Of a stretch of DNA of 64,000 nt, positions 12,862-26,525 are shown one piece after another; within the stretch, counting starts at the first letter, position 1; every line of letters begins with the position of its first letter. This DNA comes from Chrysomallon squamiferum. Lineage: Eukaryota; Animalia; Mollusca. Under the pieces are notes generated by a model. That model saw only the letters and a list, made by a program, of their open reading frames with translations. It was not told the DNA's origin and did not search any database. The stretch spans positions 15,314,001 through 15,378,000 of the forward strand of contig CM022674.1 in NCBI GenBank assembly GCA_012295275.1. Reading direction: 5' to 3'. The translations under genes were made by a program, and so were the position numbers.

Positions 12862-12946
12862 CATAATTAAGCAATAACTTGTAGTCCTGGTTTATTTTAA
12901 GTTTACTTCCTGTTGTAGTAGTAGTAATGGTAGAAGTAGTAATAGC

Positions 12947-12978
<32 letters not shown>

Positions 12979-13447
12979 GAGTAGTAGTAGTAGTAGTAAT
13001 AATAATAATAATAAAGCAAGAGATAAATCATAAGCAATTTAAGTTAATAGATTTTGTCTCGCTTGACAACAGGAACGACTAGATATGAAGAACATTCGCT
13101 TGAAAAGCCTCTATGCGAGTAAAGCTGGAATTTTAGTAAGCCGAGGTGACTGAAAATGACACGACCTTTATGGAGAAGCGACCTAGAGAGGCCATGCAAT
13201 GTCGCAGTACATCGCGGTCTTTCGCGGTCTTTAACCGACCCTTTGGTGTATTTCGCTTTTGTGTCGTGCAAGATTTATTGGCTTTTGTTAAATTTGGATA
13301 TGTTTTTATAAAATCCAACACCCACTCCATTTCATAAAATGATTATCATATTACGATGGTGCAAAGAAAGAGTGATATATTTGTCGTTTCTTCATGTGTT
13401 ATAGTTAACTCTTTCGTTTGTTGGTTGCTGCTGGGATTTTTTTATTG

Positions 13448-13500
<53 letters not shown>

Positions 13501-14159
13501 TTATTTATTGTCTTTTTCTTTCGATCTCTTTATTTTTTAAAATGTATTTGCTGTGAATGTCATAAGCAAGGTAAGTCTTCTTACTGGAAGTTGTGGACAT
13601 ACCACTAGTTTACATAAACGTAGCTTCACATTCCTAAATACTGCCTGTTAATCGTAGCAGAGGTTATAGTATAAATATCAGTTGTAACAATAGTAGTAGT
13701 ACATTATAGTAGTGGTAGTAGTTATAGCAATAATTGTCGAGGAAGTAGAAGTGAATATTTGGCAGTTTATATATACACAAAGTAAAATAAAGAATGTATG
13801 AAGGCGTATTTTACAGTGAAAATCAAGACAAGGACTATACGACATTTCTTTCATGTTTACACTACCAGACTGCTTCTTGCTACTTTCCTTGAAATATCGG
13901 TTAAAGGTGTTAATTTTTAAATGATCTCTATGAATGGCCTGTAATTTCTCTGACACCTAGCTTCAAATGTCCAAGTTCAGTATGCTTGCGCAAGGATTTT
14001 TGTGCAACCTTTTAAGTTATTGTCAAAAACAGGAGATGGTATCAACATAAGAGGGTATATAAAGCTATGGTGACATTCAGTCACGCGAACATAATTTTCT
14101 ATACATTAATTTTACAGCTGGTTTAGTTTTCGATTTTTATATTTGATTCTACTTTCTAA

Positions 14160-14944
14160 CTGCTGCATACCTGTAGAAATGGACGAAGTATACCTACTAG
14201 GTTTCGGTAAATAATTTCATATCGTTTTATATTTTTACAGCGCATTTTTACGGCACATTATTTGACGCCAATTTCAGAAGATGTGTGGAATCTTCCAGTA
14301 TCTCAAGAACCGATTGTTTCAACCAAAACTGGAATCGGCGAAAAAACAGTCGAAACTGGAGTCAGTGAACCAACAACCCGAACTGAAATCGTCGCCCTAA
14401 CCGAAACCAGTTTCAGCAGACTCCCAGATTTACGAGATCCACTTCAGACAAAGATGGCAGACAGCCACTTCGTCATGGCAACACTGGACCAATCAGAGGT
14501 CGCCTACAAGAAGGACGTGGTCGACACAGACGACAAGGTGGCCATGGTCTCGCCGTACAACACGAAGACCTTGGACAAGAGGCACAGTGAGACCAGTTCT
14601 AAATCAGGGTAAAATAGTATTTACTTTGTTACTTACTAACTTACTGTGTCTTTGTCTTCATTGGATTGCTTTGTCTTTATTCATTGTCTGTTGATCACTC
14701 CGTCTATCTATCTGATGAGTTACCGTTTTCAGTTATATATAATTATAAACTGTTTTCAGGTGGTCGGGTATTTATCAACGTTGTGTCAAACGGCCGTAAC
14801 TTCATTAACAGAATTGACTGTCAACAACTTCAACGCGACGTCAACTTCTGGCTAACAAATCAGGCGCGGACCTACTGCAGGAACTGCCAACTCAACATTC
14901 CCACTATCAACATTCGGTGTTCCCAGAGACCTGTACGTGGATAA
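14160..14944 (+). pseudogene. Degraded gene with a chitin-binding type-2 (peritrophin-A)-like fragment, a Trp/Arg/Asn/Thr-rich middle and a Cys-containing C-terminal exon
   Basis: Exons ~14160-14206, 14241-14608 and 14760-14944 with GT-AG. Fragments TCRNGRSIPTR and YGTLFDANFRRCV...C fit CBM14 spacing. NWNRR..NWSQ*TNNPN* carries TGA stops; TTRWPWSRRTTRRPW frame splices in phase to the last exon, but upstream needs a frameshift. Confidence 0.45.
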
Positions 14945-15486
14945 ATTAACCAATAGGTACGAATACTCACAGAATACAAAACTTTTCATTTATTTACATT
15001 TTAAAAACATTATAATAATGATATATTATTATGTTGTGATACATTTAAATAGTTGTCCGAGTATATATGTGTGCCTGTGCGTGTATGTGTATCTGTATAT
15101 TTAGATAAGACAAGGCAAAGACAGCTTATTAGTAGCACACATTCAGGAATAATGACAGAAGGTTTGTCTACACGTCTAGCAGAAAGAGCTGAGTCTTCTG
15201 ATTACCAGGAACACCCCAAATTTATTTCATACACAGAAATATATATATGTATAAAAGATGATTTATTTATTTATTTTCTTGTTTTTCTTTGTTTTGTTTT
15301 GCAGATAATATAGCTGATGAGCCGAAAAACAGTTACAAACAAGAAACACACACACATACACACATAATAAATGGTTTTAGTCAAAACAGAACTTATAATT
15401 TTCTTTTCTCTTACTTAAACATTACTGCTGAATCTGATGAAAAACATTCACACTAAACAACAAAATAATAATTACAGTGCAGTGTG

Positions 15487-16504
15487 TTATCTAAATCTTC
15501 TACGATAATCGTTGCTGTTTATATCGATATCGTCGATTAATCGCGGTCTCTGGTTATTCGGAAGACGATTAGGGTACAAGGACGAGACAGCATTGACGCG
15601 ACCGTCTCCTGTTTTAGTGCGTCTTGTAACAGCTGTTGGTGGTGCTGCCAACACATTCGGATAAAGTAGAGATGTTGCTACAGCAGCGTTGTAGTTGTAG
15701 GTCGTCGGGGTAAGGTAGTGTCCTGAATACAAAACTGACCCTCTCCTGGCAGAATGGTTGTGATTGTTCATTGGTTTAACGTGCTGTATTGGATAAAGGA
15801 GGGAATCAGCTAATTCAGCATTGTGATCGTTGATTCTTAGACGAATTTGTGAGGCAAAACTGGGTGGTCTTCTGAGGCAACATTCAGACGACCTTCGTGG
15901 TCATCGGCTTGTGATACCTGCACGTGCTGGTGGGGTAAAACCCGTGCTACCACTCTGCCGTTGATGACAGAGTAAGCCAGTGGTGCGGAATGTTTATGAG
16001 TTATAACCTGACCATTTGATAGAATATGTCGACGAGTTACCGTTCCTTGTTTAGGCACGGAGACTGGGTAGTGTTGAGGAAAGATGCTTGGTCCGTTTCC
16101 AATCTTCCCATGAGTACTCCTGACAGTTTTTTTTTTTCGTAAAGTTCCGGAACGCTCCGGTTGTTTCCATCAAATTTCGTGTTATTCCTTTGACGTTCCG
16201 GAGCTGTTGTGCCATATCGGAAATGGGTTAGAAATTGATCACGACTGGTGTCGTTTTCAAAATCAAAGGGAGACGACTTGCTAATGACAAATCTCTGAAG
16301 CTGAGACAATACAAATACTAAAATATTTAAAAAAAAAATGAAATAAAAAAATGAATGAATAAATAAATGAATAAATAAAGAAATTAATTAATAAATAAAT
16401 ATATAAAAATAAACAACACCGAACTAAAACAGACAAATGAACTCACCACAGATTATCAAACGCAAGAACATTTTCACAAGTGACGTTTTTCAGTCTGTTT
16501 TCAT
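15487..16504 (-). pseudogene. Frameshifted low-complexity, possibly secreted protein gene of unknown family
   Basis: Short exon ~16504-16447 (MKTD*KTSLVKMFLRLIIC, gtgagt donor) and a GC-richer block 16300-15487 split into three ORF pieces (16037-16309, 15837-16058, 15487-15771). Confidence 0.4.
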
Positions 16505-17278
16505 TTTCTGTTTCACTTCTCACGCCCAGTTCACAGCTTGAACCTTCTCAGACTTTTTTTTGTTTGTTTAACCTCATGACGAGTCACAACAGGCGAACGT
16601 ATTAATACCCAGTGATTATAGAAAACCACAGTTAGTTTTTACTGTCGTTAAATATACAGACCGGCTAGTTCCGCGTTCCAGATTTTCTTCCCCACAGATC
16701 CATTAAAAATTAAATGTTTGTGGTTTTATTACAGAGGTAGATATTAAATTAATTTACTGCAAGCTACTGCTTTTGCTGAAATATGGCAGAAGGAAATTTA
16801 AAAAAAAAGGAAGAAATAAAAAATAAACAAAAAAGTTAAAGTTTGATTTGTTTACGATGTGATTTATTTTTTATATCGGCTTTTTAATGTGATACGTTTA
16901 TTGATAGGTTTAATCTTTTTATTTATTTATTTATTTAATACAAATAAAAAAACACAAACAGTATTTTTTAAAAGTAATACAAAAAATAATAATAAATCAG
17001 GACTAATTATAAAGCAAAAACAATGATGATGGAAAACCACAGTGTAAAAATTAATAATAATAACGGTAATGATAATAATAATAATACTACTACTAATACT
17101 AATACTAATACTACTACTACTACTACTAATAATAATAATAATAACAATAATAATCTAACGAAGAAACAAACTATTAAAAGCAATCTATACTTCACGTTTT
17201 GGCGTTCTGAAGCTAAAATAAAGTCTTTTGTGTGTTCCTAGATGGTCATAAAAGCAAAGCACAACTTTGTTTTCGCGT

Positions 17279-17445
17279 ACAACAATAGCTCTGACGTCAT
17301 TTCTACTGTGTCGTTACAGGTATATTATTATCTCCGGAATTTGTCGCGAAGAATGGCATCATTAGTTACTATATATTATTATTTGACGAGTTGGTACTGC
17401 GAATAGTTCCGGTTCTCAATGATCATGCGCAGTAGCTGTCGAATT
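17279..17445 (-). pseudogene. Highly decayed relic of the Tdc terminal exon
   Basis: aacaatagctctgacgtcat and gatcatgcgcagtagct match the minus-strand copy 3 at 27910-28058 at similar spacing. Confidence 0.65.
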
Positions 17446-18098
17446 ACGAACAAGTTAACGGTAACTATTTGATAAATAGAAAGCAGAATTCGTTTATACG
17501 TTATTATTAATGATTTATATATTTATTTATTTATTTTCTTTAATTTTCCTTCATTTTCTTTTCGTTATTTATTAATAAAATTAAATATAGTGAGAACAAA
17601 TTATAAAAACCACCACCAACAAAAATAATAATTCTTGTTGTTAAGTAGTGAGAGTAAATGATGAAGTATTTATATCAAATTAAAAATAATGCATTCATTT
17701 AAATTTGATATGATTAACATATTTGAGTCTGAATACAGGAAAGTATTTGTACCTTCTAACCCCGACTCCGAAGAGGAATATTCTCCATTAATTCAATCAT
17801 TAAACGTGAAAATGTTAATAAAAATGAAAACACTTGCAATGTATAATATGTTAATGATTCCAACAATAGCTCTCCACAAATCTAATGGTTATACAAATTA
17901 TCCTTTTATATAATCACTGTGCGTAACGTTGACTGCTTTAAAATTATCTCTAGAGTATTTGATCGTGTAAACTGGATGCATATTTTAATTTTTTTTTTTT
18001 TTTTTTTTTTTTCGCACTAAAGAAATAAAGTTTTGATATATGAAACTACGCCAGGAAAATACGAACTATGTAATATTGTCCAAAAAAAAAAAAAAAAA

Positions 18099-19870
18099 TT
18101 AAAAAATTAAAATACGTTTAGCTTCTACAGGAAGACTGGTTTCTTTCATCATATTCGAGATCTCTGCACGTCCATTAAATTTTTCAAGAAGAATGTTGAA
18201 TATTTTGTCAATAATTTCATTTTCCTTCTCCTGCTTCTCACTATCGTCATGTTTAAGGTTATCCAAATTTCCATTAGTTGAGGAAGAACAGAGACTTGAT
18301 AGTGATTTTCTTCTTCCAATTAAACGTGTACTGCTGACATCTGTGTTATCTTTGAATATAATTCCTTCTTTTGTCACTGTTGTTTCGTCTTTTTCTGGTT
18401 GTTGGTGTTTCACATTTTTTCGCCGTTTTCTGTTGGATTTTTTCGGTGTATAAACTTCTGAACCGTCACGATCATCACTGTCAGATTTTGCAGCAGCCGT
18501 TGAGACTAAACTAGTCTGTGAAGCTGTTTTTTGGTTTAACCTTTGGTCAGTCTGAAAACTGCCTGTCAGATTATCTCTGCTAGGCTTTTCACGTGGTCCT
18601 CTTTTCTCCATATCTGTTTCTTGTGTTGCTTTAGTAGAATCACCTATTTTTCCTCTACCTCTACATAAACCATCGTTTTCTCTACACCTAGCATCTTGAC
18701 ATTCCCTGCTTTTTGTATGTTCGAATGTTTTCAAAATTTCCTCTTCACCTTCTCCTACGTATGTTGTAGAAAATAGTGTAGTCTGTAACACTGACCTTCG
18801 TTCTAAATATCTACGCACTTTGTGAGGTTCTGGAAAATCATTTTTGTAACGTCATCAGCTTGTTTCAAAGGCATTAGTATGATCAAATTCATCAAAATAA
18901 AACATAGTTCTAAAATAATATTTAACATTCTATCGGTATTTTCTCTGAAATCTTCACAAGCTGTGGCATTTTCATCATTAAATATAAATATGGCTCGTTT
19001 TTAAAAAATACCTTTAACAGTGAATTATAAAAATTTAGGTCAGTTTGAGTTCTCTTTGTAAAATTCTATCTGCTAAGCATTACAGCTGTTTCTTCTACAT
19101 GATTAAATCCACTAAAAATAAAATTATGAATATAAAATATACAATCGATATTTAAAAATTAATAAGATTCCCTCGTGCTTAAAAAAGACAAAAAAGAATA
19201 AATAGAAAGAAATAAAAATTATTAATAAATAAAAAAAAGATAAAGAAAGTGAGTATAAATAACTAAAGAAAAAATATAATAATAGCGCAGACGTGAGATA
19301 GCACTCCTACTTATTAGAGTTTGCAGAATACTGAACATGTTACGTTCTTATTGTTTATCTTTACATGGACGTCGGACCTGTACTGCCAGGTTAACCTAAC
19401 ACGATAACGATAGCAGTACTCATGTCTCCTGTACTCTATCAATATTGATACCTAGGTGTATTTTTTTGCTGTTTCATTTCTTTTCCGTTACTTTCTTAAA
19501 ATTATATATATATTTAAGATGAAAAATAATAAGCACAACAATATAATCATTCTAAACAGCATTAAGTTTCACATAAATGTAGGAAGATTTCTCCATGCCC
19601 GTGCTGAGATCGATATGCGGCCAGATCCTTCATGTAGAGAGGGCGTAAAATAACAACAGCAGCAACAACAACAACAACAACAACAATAATAATAATATGT
19701 ATACGTACCATGATTTCAGATTATTCTTACCATGAAGTTATCGTGTGATATGATCAGTCAGCATAAGAAACACATATGACGTACTTATATCTTCAGAAAA
19801 TAAGTTCACCTGATCTGTTAGAAGTTTCTACTTTCATTTGTTGTTGACAACCATTCTTTGTTTTTGCAAC
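18099..19870 (-). pseudogene. PARP12-like copy B, 5' fragment only
   Basis: Near reverse complement of 30456-32250. It has ATG-TAG at the start (19095-19100) and a 239-aa open piece (18099-18818), and it breaks off at LPVEAK next to a poly-A run, before the zinc fingers. Confidence 0.85.
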
Positions 19871-20423
19871 AAAGAAAAAGCAAAGTTCTCGTTCTTGATG
19901 AAACGAATAGCCTTTATAAATGTTAGTAACAAGAACATTAACAATAGTAATGATGATAATCATGATAAAAACAAATTAACTTACAAATGGGGTAAATCAT
20001 ATTAAATTTGTATTTAAATCTTTAGTAAAACCTCAGATGAGTTTAAATTAAATAATTCTTACCACTTGGCTATTTTTATACTTTTCATAAGACAGTTATT
20101 TTAAATTATGTAAAATGGGAAATGTAGGATCCATTTCAATAAGAGGTCATCAAGTAATTATTGACAAATACATATGATTTATATTTAAATATATACAAGT
20201 AAATGTGCTGTATATTATATAGTTACAAGTAACACAAGGTTGTTTTAGTTATATGCTTTTATTTGTATGTATTTTTATCTGTGTTATTTTTTTATGAAGT
20301 TTTCTTTAATATATGAATTAAAGACCCACATTGATCATCTTCACAATATCAGCAATAATCACCACAGCTGAAAGGCTACGTTTACTCTATGTAAATGACT
20401 TAACTGTCTATATGATTTTTTCA

Positions 20424-20458
<35 letters not shown>

Positions 20459-20584
20459 TGTATGACACCGACAATGTGTTTTCTTTGAAAAAAATGATTA
20501 CCTTCTTAGCAATGGTTCTTTGCTTTCTTGAAACATGTATTTTCGCACGATTTTAATATATATTTCAACATTATTATTATTCAG

Positions 20585-21346
20585 CATGTTCTTCTGGCGA
20601 AGCTGTTCGAAAGTTTGGTAGAAAAAGATGATCGGTTTGAAATACTCAGAGAAGTTACCATGGGTCTCATTTTGTTTCCGCTTTAAGGTCAGGATTAAAT
20701 TATAATTAATGTTCGCTAGAATGAGATATTTATTTGTTTATTCATTTATTACCTGAAAGAAAATACAGCATATGTAATAATAATAAAAGCACTAATCAAA
20801 CAATAATGGTAACAAATTAAAAAAATAATACATTATTTAAAAAATAATCTGCAATTAACCAAAATAATATTTATTTTCAAGAGGCCCAACTCTTTAACTC
20901 AGAAGGTACTGAGCATGATCAGTGAGTCATGTAAGCTACACATGAGACCAACATTAATCAACGAACAGTTTGTCATTCGGTTCGCTATTTGCGCGGAAAG
21001 AACCTGCGACAAAGATATCACGTATGCTTGGGACATCATAGTAGAGATGACGTCAGAGCTATTGTTACACCGTCGCGACAGCAACCGACAAGCTGAGAAG
21101 GAAGTTCTTGAAGAGAGTTTGAGTGATTCTGAAGACGAGGTTTTCCCCGAGTTCCATAATGAGATGATATTCGACAATCAGAGATGCAATCTACAAAGAG
21201 CACGGCTGCGGAGAAATCTGTTTTTGAAGATGGTCTCCGATCCCAAATCGTATCAGCACCAGGTGTTCAAATCTCTCGATATTGATAACATGAGGATCAG
21301 AAGTCAGTCAATAGGTGAGAGTGATCCAAAATGTAGCAAAGTGTAG
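20585..21346 (+). pseudogene. Tdc-like copy 2 (last two exons only)
   Basis: Exon 20585-20687 has a 1-nt insertion; exon 20882-21346 is open. Homology begins mid-intron at ~19881, fused to the 5' end of PARP copy B. Confidence 0.85.
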
Positions 21347-21415
21347 ACTATATTTTTGGGACTCTTTTGTAATAATGTCTGATATCCGGTAAGGATAGAA
21401 TGTATTTAGTATTGA

Positions 21416-21457
<42 letters not shown>

Positions 21458-23127
21458 TAAAAAAAAGTAATAATAATAATAAAAAGTAATGTAGATTTCA
21501 GATCCTAAATTATTTAGCGATTTTCATTAATAGATGAAAAAAAAATGTGGCAAATGTTGTTTTGTCACTGGTAACAGAATAGTTTGCATGATCACGGAAT
21601 TCACACTAATCAGTGTTTATAAAATGTTGTGATATGTCGTGTACTGTCTGTGAGAAGGTACACATAAAACACTCTTGTTGCTAATCAGCAGTTTAGTAAT
21701 ATTCAGTGTCCTCTCATTAACATTATGTTATAACGGTGTTAATTTAATGTAAAATGATGATTGTTAAACTTCAGATATTATATTATATTTAATTTAGAAC
21801 GAAGATCCTCATTTACCTTAATGCATCTGTAAACGAAAGAGAAATAATCTTACATACATACCCATGTATGCCTCCACCTTAGAAACACACACATACACAC
21901 ACACACACACTCATACACACATACATCCACACACACACAAACGCGGTCTTTTCCCCTGTACATGTATGATGTGACTTAAAACTGTCCTTGATACTGTAGC
22001 CATAGATCACGTTTAAACTATGAAATGCATATAGTTTCAAACCTTCTTATTTAGCATTTCTGAAATAACTAAACTAAAGCGGTAAAGTGTGTGTGATTTA
22101 GTTTTGTTTTCTTTCTCTCTGAAAATCTCTTTATGTAGTTTCTTTGAACTCGGTCATAACACTTTTCCAGTTACTGTTTCTGGTTGTTTATGCTTCTTTT
22201 AAAGAAATAAATTGGTTACATGAAAAAGTGTTTATTAATCAATTTTCGTATGAGATATCTAGAACGGGAAATAAGCATTTTGTAGTTAACTATTTATATA
22301 TTTTCCAATTAATATTTGTTGTGTGTGGAAATTACACAAGACTTAAATATTAAACTTCATGAAATAGTTAAATTGTGCTGTGATAAACTATTGCTAAGAG
22401 ATATGAACAATATAACACTTTAGTAAATTTTACTTGTTGTTTATGAGTATTACAATATGGTAAAATTAATGCATATAAGAAAATATTTCATTCAATTGTT
22501 AATTACTAGTACTAATAAAATAATACTAATAAAATAATAACAGCCAAGCATTTCATCCAGTGATCTGTCTGTCTGTCTGTATCTGTGTATATTTCTTTCT
22601 AATCGGTTTGTTTATCCATATATATCAACTTTTAGATCAGTTAAGTTACATGTCTTTTTTGCTATCTAAAATATACCATAAAAAGTATAATGACATTTGA
22701 TTTAACACAGTGGTAGAAGAGCATAGACATAAATCAATAGTAATAAGAGTAATATTAAATACAAATAAAATGTGTTTTTCTTTTCTTAAGCATGGATATC
22801 TTTGACAGAACTCTTTTTGCATGACCACGAGTAATATTCATTTTCATAAATGGCTTGCATGTAATTATGCCCAAAAAACTTTTGTTTCGTATGTGACTGT
22901 CAAGCAGTAATCATTTATATGAGGAAAAGTAACAAAGGAAATGAAATGTGTAAATTGAATTGTTTTCCATTTCTACAGTGTGTCAGTGTGAGTAAGCAAG
23001 ATAGTGACTGACATTTAGATATATAAAATAACTGAATAGTCAGTGAGTCTAAATTTACCAACAATGTTGCCTATATGGTAATTGTACGAATGAAACAAAA
23101 ACCGGTTTTCAGTTATCAATAATTGTT

Positions 23128-23159
<32 letters not shown>

Positions 23160-23399
23160 ACACACATATCCCATCGCTAACAAGAAATATAATGCACAGG
23201 ATACTCTAAGAAGGATTAATCCTGCAGCCTCTCATAATACCATATATCAGTATATCTGACACCCGAATCCATGTTTTATTTCTACGTGGTCAGTACACCA
23301 CTTTTATATATAACTACAAATGACCCATTTAACGTCAGTAATATAATTAATTATACATTGCCTTATAATAAAAACCTCATGTAACAATGAACTTTAAAA

Positions 23400-23700
23400 T
23401 GTAATGAAAAGAGAACTATACACATATGTAACTTGTTCCTTTAGTGTATTTTGCCTGATTGTAATACTGTTTTTGAGAAATGTGCTCAGATCTTCTACGG
23501 AGTAATGTAAATCTTTGTCTACCCTACCGACCCAATCACCACTGTAATATAATCCGATGTATATCGTACTGACCTTTGTACCCTGTAATGTATTCACTTG
23601 TATATATACTGACCCAAACATTGCTGTAATATAATTCTTTGTATATACTACTTACGCACACACCTGTGTAATGTAATTATTTGTGTCATACTGACTCGTG
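23400..23700. repeat. ~41-bp minisatellite, same family as 5520-5720
   Basis: tgtaatgtaattctttgtatatactgaccc-like units downstream of Tdc copy 2. Confidence 0.6.
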
Positions 23701-24099
23701 AATCTGTGGGTGCCCTCCCAAAAGACTGAGGTCCCATAACGCGGACGCATTAAACAATACAAGACAAGGTTGAGCGCGTTACTAATAACCTGCCGTTTAC
23801 CTTGAATAACACGGTGTGTCTCCGTATTATTGTTCTAATACAGAACGCTATTGTTCTTATATAGAAATCACTGATACGCTCTAACCCCTAGTACAGTAAG
23901 CGATTATGGAATAGTCTGTATCAATAAATAACCTGAACAAAATCGTTCGATCACTTCATCGTTTATTTTACTTCGTAGTTAAAATTATAGTCATTCATAA
24001 CATTTGTTCATTTTATTACATCTATAAATAATTGGACATTCATAACATTGACATAGTTAAAATTATAGTTATTCATAACATTTATTCATTTTATTTCAT

Positions 24100-24290
24100 C
24101 TGTCTCGTTCATGGTTGTGAAGATTTCGGTAGCTCGTAACTAAATATCTCGAGGTATTAATAGAGATGGACAACCGACTTTGCAACACTTCCAATGAACA
24201 GTATTTCTTTTACTACTCTTGATCCTGAACCTATGTCCCTGATGCACTAAAGTACGCCTGCGACATGAATTCGAAATGAATATATATATA
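24100..24290 (-). mobile_element. FLYWCH zinc-finger fragment, probably from a MULE/Mutator-like DNA transposon (element may span ~23705 into the gap)
   Basis: Minus strand reads SNSCRRRTLVHQGHRFRIKSSKRNTVHWKCCKVGCPS, followed after a stop by NLHNHE. This is the F/L-Y-W-C...C...HxH pattern. Confidence 0.6.
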
Positions 24291-24374
24291 TACTTTGTTT
24301 TAACAGTACTCAATCGCATAAACATGAATGTTACCGTGCTATCCTGATACAACTGTACATTTGAACAGTTTTCA

Positions 24375-24574
24375 NNNNNNNNNNNNNNNNNNNNNNNNNN
24401 NNNNNNNNNNNNNNNNNNNNNNNNNNNNNNNNNNNNNNNNNNNNNNNNNNNNNNNNNNNNNNNNNNNNNNNNNNNNNNNNNNNNNNNNNNNNNNNNNNNN
24501 NNNNNNNNNNNNNNNNNNNNNNNNNNNNNNNNNNNNNNNNNNNNNNNNNNNNNNNNNNNNNNNNNNNNNNNNNN
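24375..24574. other. Assembly gap (200 N)
   Basis: Run of N. Confidence 1.
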
Positions 24575-25035
24575 TGTGCCAATTAAGAATCGTAGAACTT
24601 TATTTAAAGCTAGTAATGTCAAGCCTCCTATATAACCTGGTAGATAGTTCAATATTGAAACACAGAAAATGTCAGTTATGTAATTTTGATATTGGTGATG
24701 AGTTTCCCTATATTTTTAAGTGGAAAATTTTACTTTACAGAATAATAAATATATACCATATTACTGTACATTTACACCAAATATATACCATATTATTATA
24801 CATCTATACCAAAAACAATGACAATTCAACATTTATTTATAACAACCAAATCAAATAACTTTGATATAAACTTTTCTGAATTTTGTCATATTGTCATGGA
24901 GAGAGTCAGTCTTTCGGATCAAATAATAATTAAAAATATTACTACAGAAGATATTGTTTAAACTACGTTGTGTTTATATGTTCTCAATACTGCACGGTGA
25001 AATCATCAGAGAAATAAACATCTGTTGTCTTGTCA
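24575..25035 (+). mobile_element. Decayed 3' end of a non-LTR retrotransposon (LINE ORF2 C-terminal Cys-His domain)
   Basis: RKCQLCNFDIGDEFPYIFKW resembles the CxxC...GDEFHxxxxC motif of LINE ORF2 termini; ends in aataaa followed by short tgtct repeats at ~25013-25035. Confidence 0.6.
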
Positions 25036-26049
25036 TAAGTTATGTGTTGAATTACTTATTCCGAGAATAAATAAATACATACATAAATAAATATTCGAAT
25101 TAATGGATGTTCCACATTCATAAATATTTTCATTTCTACATGAACCTCGAGTGTTCTATAAATTGCTGAATAAAGCTGATCTTACTAAGGCAGATAATAC
25201 TGGCTATAAAACATGAACATATAAAAATACTGAATGAGAAAAAAATATTAAATCATTTTTGAAATACGCTGTCTACATTAGTTTCACTTTTTGTCCATTA
25301 GTCAATACTAAACACGAGTAAAACTTTTTATTCACAAAAATCATGATTATTGACTAATTTACAGCAGACGTTTTAAAAAATGGTTAACAAACAAATCAAA
25401 GATAAAGTAAAATGATATTAATAATAACAAATTACTTTTAATTCAAAACTGACGTAAATAAACCGTTAAATCATAATTAGTGTCAATACGAAAATGTGAA
25501 ACAATAATTATAATAACAAATTAGTAATAAGCTGAACAGTTACAATGACTGATAAATCAGTCAGGATTTTAGGCTTAACCTGAAGCTATTGTGACCTTTG
25601 ATCACACACAAAGCCTGGATTTGATATAGCTTTACCACAGTTCAGTTATTTCCCATTCAATGAAAATATTGACCTGAATTATAAAAGGAAAAAAGCCTAT
25701 CGTCCATACGTAACAGTTATTGTACTAACATATTGTTAACAAGCAAATACAGTGGGGGTTTTATGAATATGCAGATGTCAAATATTACAAATGAGCATAT
25801 GTATGATTATTAGTATAATAATATATTGTGAATGCTAATCTAAAAATCAAACGTATTATGAATATGCAAATTAACGTAATTTTTATAATAAAGTATTATG
25901 TACGGAGATTCAAAATATCTATTATATCATTTTTTTAATAATTTTTTTTATTAATATTCAGAAGTAAAATATAAGAAATTATGAATCATCAAATGTTAAC
26001 GAAAAGAAATACAGGGATAGATATAGATAGATAGATAAATAAATAAATA

Positions 26050-26084
26050 ATAGTAGTAATAGTAATCACAATAGCAGTAGTGTC

Positions 26085-26133
<49 letters not shown>

Positions 26134-26298
26134 ATAATAATAATAGAATGATGTTTATAAATAAATAAATAAAAACAATAATAATAATTGTCATTGATTT
26201 TTTTCTTTGTGTTATTGTTATTGCTATTGTTACTGTTATTATTATTATTGTTATTACTACTACTATTACTACTACTATTATTATTATTGTTATTATTA

Positions 26299-26381
<83 letters not shown>

Positions 26382-26525
26382 GATTATTGTAGTAGCGAAA
26401 TTGACATCGATAGCGAGTAGCGAGACAGTTTCCAGACTCATCCGAGCGCTTTGCCGTTGAAACTGATTTCTTCTCGGATCGCCTCGAGAGGAAAGCAAAA
26501 GCCTTCGGATTTGATCAGTCATGAG

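Noticed and set aside
13050-13300. GC-richer island with short ORFs on both strands
   Set aside because: No recognisable domain, RNA structure or consistent splice signals.
14262-14612. 116-aa ORF taken as the real reading frame
   Set aside because: Its phase does not fit the donor at 14608 and acceptor at 14760; other frames carry the recognisable motifs.
24140-24858. Long ORFs spanning the N run (also 54940-55317)
   Set aside because: Their length is an artefact of the assembly gap.
25590-25880. Octamer-like atgcaaat/atgcagat motifs and tgacct words
   Set aside because: No linked gene start; plausible by chance in AT-rich DNA or as part of an unclassified repeat.
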